A stretch of DNA of 64,000 nucleotides from Octopus vulgaris (Eukaryota), in contig OX597817.1 of NCBI GenBank assembly GCA_951406725.2, positions 120,342,001 to 120,406,000 of the forward strand. Direction: 5' to 3'. Numbering within the stretch: position 1 is the first letter of the stretch; every line of letters starts with the position of its first letter. The position numbers were made by a program, and so were the translations under genes. The notes under the pieces were generated by a model that saw nothing but the letters and a program-made list of their open reading frames with translations, was not told where the DNA came from and ran no database searches. This document shows positions 27,880 to 39,891 of the stretch, piece after piece.

Positions 27880-28500
27880 TATCTATTTCTTTATTGCCCA
27901 CAGGGGACTAAACATAGAAGGGACGGCAATCTTTCGTCTCTAGTAGACCTTTCCGTCGATTTCCGTAAAAAAAAATTTTCTTTTACATATGGGCTTGCGG
28001 GAACTTTTGAAGTAATGAGAGCGAAAGAGACTAAGAGAAAGCGATTGTATGACGAGGGAAGTTCTTTTGAAGTTACCGTGCATGGGAAGCATTGATGTAC
28101 ATGTGTGTGTGTGTGTGTGTGCGTGTGTGTTTGATGGGGTGTGGGAGACAGACAGTATGTTGTGTAAGTGAAGTGCTTCTGTTAGTGTGTGTGAAGAGAC
28201 AGAGTAATGTGTGAAAGAAAGAGATAACTGAAATTTTTTACTCGGTGTATGTGTATATGTATGTATATTACTTCAAAAGTTCCCGCAAGCCCATATGTAA
28301 AAAAAAAAAAAAATTTACGGAAATCGACGGAAAGGTCTACTAGAGACGAAAGATCGCCGAAGGGACTAACAAGAGCAAAGGAATTAAGTCAATTACATCG
28401 AACCCAGTGCGTAACTGGTACTTATTTAATCAACCCCGAAAGGATGAAAGGCAAAGTCGACCACGGCGGAATTTGAACTCAGAACGAGGCGACAGACGAA
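27880..28500 (-). mobile_element. SINE family B interrupted by a MITE
   Basis: tatttctttattgcccacagggg..aaacatagaagggac resumes after 28366 as taacaag...aaccccgaaaggatgaaaggcaaagtcgacc; compare the intact copy at 61555-61773. Confidence 0.9.
27925..28358. mobile_element. MITE with about 92-bp TIRs and an 8-bp TSD (Merlin-like)
   Basis: TIRs at 27925-28016 and 28267-28358 start GGC. TSD gaagggac at 27917-27924 and 28359-28366. 5'-GG termini with 8-9-bp TSDs are typical of Merlin. Confidence 0.85.
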
Positions 28501-28599
28501 GTGACATAATCATGACTTCGTAGTTATCGACCATCGAAAGCACGCCAGTGGGATTTCACCCCTTTTTTTTTTTTATGGGACATCAGTAGATCAACATTA

Positions 28600-28907
28600 G
28601 TAGAGCAGTCTGCGATTCAGTTCTGATTACTGACTGTACCTATTTTTGGAGCAGTCAATAACGTCATTTTTTATGAACTATACGTAAAAAATAGTTGGGG
28701 TTTTTCTTCCAGGGATGGAGAATCTGTTTCCTTGATTATGTAATAAAAGCAATTCATGATATAAATTTCATGCTAATACGTTTGTTGTCTCGATTTGATA
28801 AAAAGATAAGCAGACCGAAAATTTGAAGTCATTGTTAACACTATTCTTGTTGAAGAATAATAAATATGTATTCTACAAAATGTATTAAGTAAAAGAAAAT
28901 TCTACCG
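28600..28907 (+). other. Candidate first (non-coding) exon, plus strand; start approximate
   Basis: Unique sequence at the right edge of the CpG-retaining domain, ending at donor CCG|GTGAGT. Confidence 0.3.
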
Positions 28908-29057
28908 GTGAGTGTGTTAAATTATAAGACACAAAAATAAAATGACTCTTCCCAGACACAACAGAATATGCTTCAACACACGAACTCACATAAAGAATCT
29001 TGCAAACCATATCCAAAAACGAAATATTAAGTAATCCTTTAGCTTAGGAAACTGACC

Positions 29058-29720
29058 CTGTGGCACTTTGGGCAAGGGTTTTCTTCTATAGTCCAGACCA
29101 ACCAATGCCTTGTGAATGAATTTGTTAGATGGAAACCCTAAAGAAGCTCATCTCATATATAACCTATTTTAAATACCCGACTGTGAGCAAACTTGTAAAT
29201 GTTAGGAGAAATCCTTTACTGATTACCTATATATATAATTGAATAATAAGGGTAGAAACTGATATTAATTAAAACCAGTGGCTTAGCATATTTCAAAAAA
29301 ATTTGAAGATTAAAAATTGTGTTACATACAAAATTTAGAGGACTAACCACTGGTAATGGCGATTTGATGTCTATGTTTAGCATATAGGCTGTCCACTTTA
29401 GTGGTCAGTCATCTAAATTTTGTGTATATATATATATATACACACACATATATATACATACATACATAGATAGATATATACATGTGTGTATCTTTGTGTC
29501 TGTGTTCCTTTCCTATCATCATCGTCACCACCACTTGACAACAGGTGTTGGTTTGTTTATATGTCTATAACTTAGCAGTTTGGCAAAAGAGATTTACCAA
29601 AAAAAAAATAATAATAATAATAAATTATGGAATTGATTTGTTTGACTAAAACCTTCAAGGTAATGCCCCGGCACAGCTGCAGCTGAATGACTAAAACAAG
29701 TAAAAGAAAAGAAGAGTAAA
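29058..29720 (+). mobile_element. SINE family A split by an insertion in its central (TA)n linker
   Basis: 5' half at 29058-29155 (ctgtggcactttgggcaag...gatggaaac) and 3' half at 29480-29720 (cacttgacaacaggtgttgg...aatgactaaaacaagtaaaaga). Confidence 0.75.
29228..29430. mobile_element. (TA)n-embedded element with an internal inverted repeat of about 28 bp
   Basis: catacaaaatttagaggactaaccact (about 29325-29351) pairs with agtggtcagtcatctaaattttgtgta (29400-29426). A related terminus, ttacccttatta+(TA)n, occurs at about 34930. Confidence 0.55.
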
Positions 29721-30095
29721 GATATCTATATGACAACACACGATTGTGAAAGAGGGAAAGATAATAGGTTTGTAAAGATTACTCATAAATCTAAAATCTA
29801 ATGTGTAAATGGTAAATGGTAAAATAGATATTTTCTTGAAGTTTTAGCTTTAATATAATTGATTAGAGGAAATTACTATCAATTTAACTCTTTACTGTTC
29901 AGTGAATATGTTCAAATATATGTTATGGTTACAGCAAAAAGTAATTTGGAATTGTTTCACCTAAGTTTATCATCAGGGGAAGCTAAAGTAGAAATAAGGA
30001 ACAATTTCCTATGGCAGACATATAAAATATTAAATAATGTCTTCTATAGCTATGTTCATATATATATATATATATATAGATATATATATATATAT

Positions 30096-30564
30096 TTAAT
30101 CCAAACACGAACAAGCAAGAAAAAACAACAACGCGAGGACGAGGAATAAGTACAGTGTTATTGGATGCTCAGGAAAGGAAAGAGAAGAAAGAGGATTTTA
30201 CGTTTCGAGTGGAGCTCTTTGTCAGAAATATAAAAAAAGTCCAAAGAAGGGAAGACAGCGAAAGAAAATTGCCAACGATACACACGCAGTCGCATATATA
30301 CATATATATATATACACTCATATATACATATACATGTATATATACACACATATATACGTACATATATATATATATACACACACATACACACGCACACACT
30401 CCGTCTTCCCTTCCTTGGCCCCTTCTTTTTTCTATGTTTCTGACGAAGAGCTCCGCTCGAAACATTAAATCCTCCTTCTTTCTTTCCTTTCTTGAGCATC
30501 CAATAACACTACACTTGTTCCACGTCCTCGCGTTGTGTTTTCTTTTTGTTCATGTTTGGATTAA
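30096..30564. mobile_element. Divergent inverted pair (arms of about 160 bp) of a hammerhead-bearing, Penelope-like pLTR element
   Basis: Arms 30096-30256 and 30403-30564 are reverse complements around a microsatellite spacer, with (TA)n on both outer sides. Each arm carries a hammerhead core. Confidence 0.75.
30436..30470 (+). ncRNA. Minimal type I hammerhead ribozyme motif (partner copy on minus at 30195-30229)
   Basis: gttt-CTGACGA-a-GAGC-tcc-GCTC-GAAAC-attaaa. The minus copy reads CTGACaA-a-GAGC-tcc-aCTC-GAAACGTA. Confidence 0.7.
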
Positions 30565-30615
30565 CTATATATGTATATGTATAGATATGTATATATATAT
30601 TTATATGTATATACA

Positions 30616-30649
<34 letters not shown>

Positions 30650-30681
30650 ATATCATCGTCATCGTTTAACGTCCACTTTCC

Positions 30682-30721
<40 letters not shown>

Positions 30722-30964
30722 TATAAGTTCAATTAAAGGTTAAATAAGTCTCATTATGGGATATACTCCATACACATAATAGATAAAAATACAAAAATGT
30801 AATGATATTTTTTTCTATCTCCAACGAGATTCAAGTTTATGATGATTTAATAATTTCAATTAATTTAAGTTTGAATCAAAACAGCTGTCAGAGATTATTT
30901 CTATTTTTGTAATAAATAAATATAATTATTAATTGATTTATCTCGATTTTCTTATTCTTCTTAC

Positions 30965-31143
30965 ACGGCACGTAAAAAACACCCACTACACTCGCGGAGT
31001 GGTTGGCGTTAGGAAGGGCATCCAGCCGTAGAAACACTGCCAGATCTGACTGGGCCTGACGAAGCCTTCCAGCTTCACGGACCCCAGTTGACCCGTCCAA
31101 CCCATGCTAGCATGGAAAGCGGACGCTAAATGATGATGATGAT
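30965..31143 (+). mobile_element. Family C 3' end, young copy
   Basis: CpGs intact; ends ggaaagcggacgctaaatgatgatgat. Confidence 0.9.
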
Positions 31144-31227
31144 ACACATATATATATGATATAATATGATATATCTATAATGATATGCATGTATATGTAT
31201 ATATATGTGTGTGTGTGTGTGTAATGT

Positions 31228-31520
31228 AAAGGTACATGGCCTAGTGGCTAGATTATTGCACTCATGATCATCACATCATGGGTTCGATTCCCAGACTGAG
31301 CAGTGCATTGTGTTCTCAAGCAAAACACTTCATTTCACTTTTCACTCATTGGTAAAGGGTTAACCCAACCTGCAAAGATAGGGTTACCCATCTACAGCTT
31401 CTGATCAGGGGGAATGTTGGCTGGCCAGTGGGGTGGCATCTTATGTAACTTGAAACAATACAAAACACATTGTGACCAGCAATTTATAACAACACCAGAT
31501 AGTCTGCTTGATCACATGAT
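31228..31520 (+). mobile_element. tRNA-derived SINE (D-type head)
   Basis: A box tggcctagtgg and B box ggttcgattcc; head shared with 48878 and 63707. Confidence 0.75.
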
Positions 31521-31650
31521 CATGTGATATAATATACATATGTATTTATACACTTACATATATATATACATCACCATATTTATATTTGAAAATAGCTTAG
31601 TAACCACAGGACATGGAAATATTGTTTTTTCTTTCTTTTTTTTATTGCAG

Positions 31651-31733
31651 ACAGAGATATGATATTATAGAAAGTACACAATCAAAACGATTTTTTTCCA
31701 AACTACTACAAACAATTGTTATTGAATATCATG
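31651..31733 (+). other. Candidate exon, plus strand
   Basis: Strong acceptor tttttctttctttttttttattgcAG at 31650 and donor ATG|GTAAGA at 31733. One frame also stays open to 31957. No recognisable homology. Confidence 0.4.
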
Positions 31734-33075
31734 GTAAGAAGAATTATGAAAATTTCTATAATAAAACAATAATATTATGGAGAACCAATGAAAAATTCAG
31801 AAGTATAGGACTACTTCAGAATATTGTATGTATCAGTCATTTTGATTCTCCGATTGAACAATCTCTGGTGCATTTGACAGTGTCAGATGGAATGAAATTG
31901 TTTTTTCAAGAGCAGAACTTTGAAGTATCCTCTCTGAATTATGAAGTTCGACTTTGAAGACAAGCAAGCAATCATACAAGTTATTTGAATGTCATGTCCT
32001 AAATTTTTATTTCCCTGCCTCTATTCAACAGCTTTAATGTCAGAATATTTATTAATGTGAAGTGTTTATTCACTAGCGAATGTGAGTTTTCAATTAGACT
32101 TTGTAAATAATTGGGATATTCATATCCCAATAGAATCTTAGTCGATGTGAATATTGAAGGAAAGAAAAATTATCCATAATTCAAAACCAATCTTTCTTTT
32201 GTCTCACTCGCAGCATATTCTCTGCCTTTACAGAAGATTGTGTTTCCTTGTCTCCGACCCCTGAGGGAAATATTATGACTTAAACACTGCAAATTCTAAT
32301 TATGTAAGAATATGACAAACTGAGAAATAAAAATGGATATAAAAACTTTCAGATTAAAGAATATTAAAACTTCATTGAAAATACAATATTTAGAAGCTTT
32401 CACATTTATTTATTTTTTTAAAATTTTACGTTATACTTTATGGACAATAACATCATTGACTATAGGTTTCTAATGAGCCAATCCCTGGTTTGTTGCATTT
32501 CCAACAATAAGAATGACAAGGGAACATCTGTAACTCAGACTTCAGTACTTTGAAGCACACCAAGTTTTAACCAGTGTTTACTGCCTTCAATATCATATAT
32601 AAAAGATATATAAATGTGTGTGTGTGTGTGTGTATGATGTCGTTACACAATGTTCCATCTGCCTGATTCCACTGACAAAGTAAATATTCAGGTTCTGCCA
32701 ATGAAATCCATTTCCAAGGCTTTGTTCACCCTTGCTCAAGGCGCCACACAGTGGGATCGATCTTGGAACTAAATACATACATACATACATGCATGCATGG
32801 GTGTATGGCTGAGAAGCTTACTTCCCAACCATGTACTCTTGGTTTCATCCTCCACTGGCAAAACAGATTGATAGAAAAAGTACCAGACATACGTTTGGAG
32901 GCAATTTATTTGACTAAACCCTTCAAGGTGGTGCCCCAGCATGGCCATAGTCCATTAACTAAATCAATAAAAAGATAAAAAGGGATGTATCTGAAAATCT
33001 TCTACACAGTTCCCAGGCCCAATATGTTGTGCAGTGGTACTGAACCCAGAACCATGTGGTTCAGATCATCTGAAG

Positions 33076-33396
33076 CAGGGATTCTTCAACCATTCATGGA
33101 CCCCCTTTGATTACTATTTTACTCAGGTAGATGCCCATAGGCATTTGATGTCTAAAAACTAGTCCTTTCAAAATTCCTATTTAATTTTTTACACATTAAA
33201 TTGTGTAGGTTGAACTATGTAAAATGTTAGAGAAAGAAACCTAGCTGTTTCTTGCAATACATACATCTAAAGGAAAATTTTTTCAGGGGGCTTTAAAATA
33301 TTATCATGGGTCACCAATTTACTATTTTACTACGTGAACCCCCAAAATCTTATATGGACCATCAGGGGTCCTATGGACCATGGTTGATAACAGATG
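33076..33396. mobile_element. hAT-type MITE
   Basis: Termini cagggattcttcaacca ... tggttgataacagatg; degenerate 8-bp TSD atctgaag / atctaatg. Confidence 0.65.
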
Positions 33397-34380
33397 ATCT
33401 AATGCTTACCAACATAAACCTGCATATATATAAGAGATTTTAAGGTGAAATGTCATTTTGTTTTACGTTTAAGCTTTTTATTCATGGTTCTAAAACTATA
33501 ACCACTATCATAATGGAAAATCCTTTTCTTCTTGTAAAGGTGTTTACTTCCTTTAGTGAAGAGTGTCACTCCTAAACTAGACAGAACTTTTATTATCATA
33601 TTATATATAAAAAAGAAATTCATTGCAAAAAATGTAAAACAACCTTAGTGAAATGTTTTGCACAATTTCTTTCCAATAATCAAAACCAAGAAACAAATTT
33701 GAAATGAAGGAACACAAATGGAAAGTAAATGAATGAAATAAATAATATAAATTGAAACAAAACACTTTTCTAGATTTCAAAAAAATTATCACATGAAAAT
33801 TGAAAAGATAACAAAACATCACTGATATCAACCTTTTCTTTTTTACCTGTTTTGTAAATTTTCATCAAAAACTTTTACAACTGTTTTATCTTATATTGTA
33901 AGCATATATGTTTGTATGTACGTGTATGTGGTTGTTTTTTTTTATATTGTTTTTTTTTGCTTTGTTAAGTGTAAGATACGTGAGTGGGTCACGAGATTAA
34001 ATTCTCTTTCTGAAATTTGTTGTTTAACTATCTACTAAAAATAGTACAGGATTAATATAATTTAGTTTCATACTTGACTTTTCCATTTTGTTGTTTACAC
34101 ACACACACATTCACACGCATCCATGCATGCACGCACACACAGAGTAAATTCTTTCCCAGAATGTTGGCCCACCATCTGCAATTACCTCATTAGTCATATC
34201 TTAACCGCAAGTGTTAACTTCGAAATCATTGAGAAGATCATTACTAGCATCAGGTTCATCAGTCACATAAGTTTGATGAGTGAAGGAGAGCATGCAGATT
34301 CAGTAGGATATATGAATATTATAATCAGCTAAAATATATGCATATGTATATATACATACACATATAAATATGTATATGTA

Positions 34381-34686
34381 TGTAAAAAGCACCATCCGAT
34401 CATGGCCGTTGCCAGCCTCGCCTGGCCTCCGTGCCGGTGGCACATAAAAAGCACTATCCGACCGTGGCCGTTTGCCAGCCTCGTCTGGCACCTGTGCTGG
34501 TGGCACGTAAAAAGCACCCACTACACTCATGGAGTGGTTGGCGTTAGGAAGGGCATCCAGCCGTAGAAGCATTGCCAGATCAGACTGGGCCTGGTGCAGC
34601 CTTCTGGCTTCCCAGACACCAGTTGCACCGTCCAACCCATGCCAGCATGGAAAGCGGACGCTAAACGATGATGATGATGATGATGA

Positions 34687-34690
<4 letters not shown>
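34381..34690 (+). mobile_element. Family C retroposon with subrepeats and (GAT)n tail
   Basis: Three taaaaagcac subrepeats of about 62 bp followed by the conserved 3' end; flanked by (TA)n. Confidence 0.9.
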
Positions 34691-34728
<38 letters not shown>

Positions 34729-34939
34729 TTTTAGTTGTTTCAGTCATTTGACTGTGGACATGCCTCACCATGCACTGAAAATAGATGTCAAAAGACACTA
34801 TTACCACCATAAATTCTCCGAGAAGCCAACCCCTTTCTTATAATTATGTATATAATTATTAAATATTTATAAAATTTATCTATGAGGTTTTATTTCCGCA
34901 CTGACCACTTAGTAAAAACCATTAATGATTTTTACCCTT

Positions 34940-34974
<35 letters not shown>

Positions 34975-35277
34975 CATATATGTAAATACATATTTATATA
35001 CTGAAATAATAATGATAATATGTATATATACATATATCGGTATATAGATAGAATAGGAAAAAAATTTAAAATAATACTTTAAGAAAATATATTTACAAAT
35101 ACTTAAGTGGTTTCACTGTTATCAGGATTTACAAAAGGCGTTAATTATGGAGATTCTTGTGGCTATACCCTATTCTAAATATTAAATGGGTGTTTATTAC
35201 AGATTGTTTGTGTGGTAGATTTTGTATTTGATTGAGATTTCTAGCTGTCAAAGTAAACTGAGTTAACACTTTGAAGC

Positions 35278-35329
<52 letters not shown>

Positions 35330-35373
35330 CCAACCCATGCTAGCATGGAAAGCGGACGTTAAACGATGATGAT

Positions 35374-35409
<36 letters not shown>

Positions 35410-36847
35410 TATATGTGTAAATGTGTGTGTATGTGTATATATTTATATGCACACACACATATGAGTCTGAAAAAGGCAAACAAGGTGGAACTTCAAAGTC
35501 AGTGTTAACCTTTATACCTTGAAAAAGTTGGACATGTATTCGGCTGAAATTATTGAGTAATCCTTCAGTTTGATGTGTTAACTTCTTATTTATTTGTAAC
35601 CTCATGGTTTCAGCTTCTGTCTCATTGTGCACCATTTAGGGTATACCATTTCTTACATAACCTCAGGCCACCTAATGCCTTGAGTGTTGATATTATGACC
35701 AGTTGCTCTGCATTTCTCAAGATCAATGGAATAAAAATATGCCTTACTTGTTAAACAGGTAAGAGTTGTTGACAGGAAGGGCATCCAGCCATAAAATTCT
35801 ACTTCAAATTGTTTCAGTCTAACCCATATCATCATGGGAAATGGACGTTATATGAACAAACAAGTGAATGGATGATATGTGTGCATATTAATATTGAGGG
35901 AATACAAAAATATCACTTCTACATGAAATACCACATGTATATATATATATGTGTGTGTATATATATCACTTTTATGTATATAAATTTTACATTCACTGTT
36001 GTAAATAGTTCATACTGAAATATCATTCCATACATATATATCCATAAGGATAACTTTAATTTTCTTGAAATATTTACCAATAAATCTTTAGCCATACTGA
36101 ATCAAAATATATTCTATATATGTAACCCTTCACAAGTGTCAATAGAATATTTACCAAGGTTCCAAAGCACATGGGTTTAATTCATATTAGTTATTAATTT
36201 TGAACAATCCCCAAACATTCTGCAAATATTCAATCAATATTTGTTAAGTTATTATTAAATATAAACTGTGATATTACAAACTCCAAGCCATTCTCATTGA
36301 AGAGTGTAGATTTCACATGTGACATGTGAATATGAAATATTCCCTCTAATATTATATTAAAAGTTCAACTACTTATGATATATTCTATGCCGACATATTT
36401 TCTGAAACATAAATTTAGTTGGAGGCTTTTTTGAATTTCTTTATTGCTATTTTATATCACTGAAAGCATTTTGGGTTTTGTAACATAACTCAATTTTAAT
36501 TTCAATGATCTTCTCTTGCTTTATAGGCAGTATTCTTTTGTATTTTCCCTACCCATTTCTTTTAATTTACTTGTAACTTGAGCCCAATATGTTAGTATAT
36601 AAGAGAGGGTGTTATAGAACTGGAAAAAGAGAGAAAGACTAAAGACACAGCACATCAGTAGGACCATGATTATTGATGTTGTCACTGATATTGTTTAGCT
36701 CTATTACTGCCCTGACCAAGCAGAGATATGATATAATGATATACATATGTTTATACATGTCATATAATTAAATATATGTTTATATGTATATATCAAATGT
36801 ATAAATATATGTTTATATGTATCATATGTGTAAATATATATACGAGG

Positions 36848-37035
36848 ATACAGATGGATGAAGACAGTTGCATTAAGAAGTGCCAGTCACTTACAGTGGA
36901 GGGAAATTGTGGAAGAGGGAGACCCAGGAAGACATAGGATGAAGTACTGAAGGCTAATCTAAAAATGCTGAGCCTTATGAAGGAGATGACAGAGAACCGA
37001 GATATGTGGTGCATTGCTGTACTTGAGAGGACCTA
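36848..37035 (+). pseudogene. C-terminal remnant of an RTE-clade LINE ORF2
   Basis: Translates IQMDEDSCIKKCQSLTVEGNCGRGRPRKT*DEVLKANLKMLSLMKEMTENRDMWCIAVLERT. The G-x-GRGRPRKTW...DR-x-x-W pattern is typical of RTE ORF2 ends; here W has become a stop. Confidence 0.85.
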
Positions 37036-37069
37036 CCCACCACAAGAGAATTGAAATCCTAAAACCAAG

Positions 37070-37350
37070 GTGGGGCATAAAAAGCATTGGTGTAGGAGCT
37101 GGTGCTATATAAAAAGCATTGGTGTTGATGCCATGTAAAAAGCACTGATGATGATGCCATGAAAAAAAAGCACCCAGTACACTCTGTAAAATGGTTAGTG
37201 TTAGGAAGGGCATTCAGCTGTAGAAACCAAGCCAAAATGGACTATGGAAATGGTGCAGCCTCTAACCTTGCCAGTTTCTATCAAGCTGTCCAACCCATGC
37301 CAGCATGGAAAACAGACATTAAATGTTGTTGTTGATGATGATTATGATGG
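37070..37350 (+). mobile_element. Family C 3' end directly downstream of the RTE ORF2 remnant
   Basis: taaaaagca subrepeats, gttaggaagggcattcagctgtagaaac, ccaacccatgccagcatggaaaacagacattaaa and a (GAT)n-like tail. Confidence 0.85.
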
Positions 37351-37814
37351 TGATATATGTTTATATTTGATATAATGATATGTATACATTTATATATATC
37401 AAAGGTATTCCAGCCTCCACAGTCATATTATGGGGTTTTTATTCAGCTATAGTATATCTATAGATACCTTACTGAATGTTCTCCTTCCTTTCAAAGGTAA
37501 CTATGCATATAATTTGAGGGATATGTGGATGTTATTTCTTACTGGTTGTAATGAGTTTGTTTGTGAGTAGGCTTTGCTATCAATTGTAGACCCCTCAACC
37601 TTTTTTTTACCTATCTGCACTTTTTACAATTTCTTATTTGAAGAATTTTGCACTGTTTTGATGGCAATCCGCTAATAGCTCCAACAGTCAGAAATAGAAC
37701 AATAATGGAAAACTACTTCAAATTTGATTACTAACACAATTTGTTGCTATTTGTCAGTCCCATTAAGAGTTGGTGCATTACTTGAGAGATTTAACAATAT
37801 ATTTAATCTTAAAT

Positions 37815-38093
37815 CTTTTACTTGTTTCAGTCATTGGGCTGTGGCCATGCTAGGGCAGTACTTTGAAGAGTTTAGATAAACAAATCACTTGCCCAGTACT
37901 TATTTTTAAGCCTGATACTTATTCTCTTGGTCTTTTTTGCCAAACCACTAAATTACCAGGACATAACTAAAACAACACTGGTTAGCAAGAAGTGGTGGGG
38001 ACACACCGAAAACAAAGACACATGCACATAAATGTATGTATTAACACTCATCCCCATGAAATATATATATGTGTGTGCATTTGAAGTATACAG

Positions 38094-38139
<46 letters not shown>

Positions 38140-38320
38140 AATACACACACACGCACACACAAAACAGGCTTACTTCAGTTTCTGTCTATCAAATCCACTG
38201 ACAAGACTTTGGACACCACAAGTCTCTAGCAGTGGGTTCAGTCCGACTCCATAGCCCAAGGAGCCATACAGTGGGACTGAACTCATGACCATATAGTTAG
38301 AAAGTAAGCTTCTTAACATA
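37815..38320 (-). mobile_element. SINE family A
   Basis: tcttttacttgtttcagtcatt...ggccatgct; central microsatellite; head cagtgggactgaac...aagcttcttaac. Confidence 0.8.
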
Positions 38321-38352
38321 TCCAGTAATTATTATTATTATTATTATTATTA

Positions 38353-38570
38353 TACAGGTCACTGCCTGGAAACGAACTGGAGTTAGTAGCCTGCACTCTT
38401 AACCACTACACCATAATAATAATAACATCAAAAAATATCTTAGAAATGAGAACCCAGGTTCGAAATTACCCCAACATACCTGATGAAGGCTGGAGGGTAT
38501 ATTAGTCGAAATGTGTTAACAACAAACAAGATGAGGGACAAATATTTGTCAAATGTAAATAATGTAAAAG
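38353..38570. mobile_element. Composite of a minus-strand tRNA-like head and a plus-strand hammerhead-bearing segment
   Basis: 38353-38415 reads on minus atggtgtagtggttaagagtgcaggctactaac...gttcgtttccaggcagtgacc (A/B-box-like). After an (AAT)n linker, 38480-38517 carries a hammerhead core. Confidence 0.65.
38473..38518 (+). ncRNA. Degenerate type I hammerhead ribozyme motif
   Basis: CTGATGA-a-GGCTGG-agggtata-TTAGTC-GAAA. Six-bp stem II with G:U pairs; stem III and the cleavage triplet appear eroded. Confidence 0.6.
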
Positions 38571-38632
38571 TTGTCTAATTAGAAGAAGACAACCTCTCCT
38601 TTTTATAATCATTGTATTTCAGTATATTTCAG

Positions 38633-38785
38633 GTATAAGAAAAAAAAAAACTGAGTTGATCTTCAAATGCTGTATATTCATTGATGACTGATATCAATAA
38701 TCTTTTGGTTAATTGGCAATGAAAGACACTCATGAGCAGACTTGTTTTATAAGGAAAAAGCCTGTTTTCTGTTCATTGTTAGATT
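38633..38785 (+). other. Candidate non-coding/UTR exon, plus strand
   Basis: Acceptor gtatttcagtatatttcAG and donor ATT|GTGAGT. An internal ATG opens MKDTHEQTCFIRKKPVFCSLLD up to the donor. Confidence 0.2.
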
Positions 38786-38939
38786 GTGAGTCTATATGTG
38801 ACCAACTAAACATATTGGTGATTTGCAAATCATTTTTGATGGTGTTGTAACAGCTTCAACAGATGAATTTTCCAGTTAAACAATCAGCAGAACTAGATAC
38901 TAGTTGTATTAGAGTGTAAGTGGCTGAGTACTCCATAGA

Positions 38940-39811
38940 GGTACAGGCATAGCTATGTGGTAAAGAAGCTTGCCTTGCCATCATATTGTTTGTGGTTCAG
39001 TTTCACTGCATGGCATCTTTGACAAGTGTCTTCATGTGAATGAGTTTGGTAGATGGAAACTGCCTGGAAGCTCATCATGTGAGCAAGGATTGGAAAAGTG
39101 GACTATAAAACAATGATGACGATATTTAGCACTAATAATATTCTTTTATTCTTTTACTGGCTTCAAAGTAATTTGACAGTGGCCATGCTGGAGCACTGCC
39201 TTAAAGGGTTTTTTTTTAGTTGAAGAAATCAATCCCAGGATTTATTCTTTCTAAGCCTGGTACTTTTTTTTATCGCACTCTTCTACTGAATCACTAAATT
39301 ACGGGACATAAACACACCAACACCAGTTGTCAAGCAATGGTGGTGGTGGTGGTGGTGGGGCAAACACAGACACAAAGACACACACACACATATATATATA
39401 TGGCTGTGTGGTTAGGAAGATTGCTTCCCAGCTACATGGATTTGGGTTCAGTCCCACTGTGTGGCACTTTGGGCAAGAATCTTCTACTACAGCCTGAGGC
39501 CGACCAAAGCCTTGTGATTGGCTAGGTGGAAGTTTCTGTCATGTGTTTACATGAGTGTGTAAGTGCTTGTGTACTTCCTTACAGAGAGGATGGGAAGAAA
39601 TATGATGGGTTTCTTTCAGTTTCCATCTACCAAATCCACTCACAAGGTTTTGGTCAGCCCAAGGCTATAGTAGAAGATACTTGCTTAAGGTGCTACACAG
39701 TGGGACTGAACCTGGAACCAAGTGGTTGGAAAGCAAGCTTCTTACCATACAGCCACACTGTTTATATATAATGTATATATATATATATATATATATATAT
39801 GTTTTTTTTTT

Positions 39812-39891
<80 letters not shown>

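Larger units (their letters stand above)
23980..29020. promoter_or_regulatory. CpG-retaining (putatively unmethylated) domain; possible divergent promoter or intergenic region
   Basis: CG dinucleotides are visibly common here, even inside old repeats, and scarce in both flanks. Donor-like sites point outward: minus CAT|GTGAGT at 24983 and plus CCG|GTGAGT at 28907. Confidence 0.5.
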
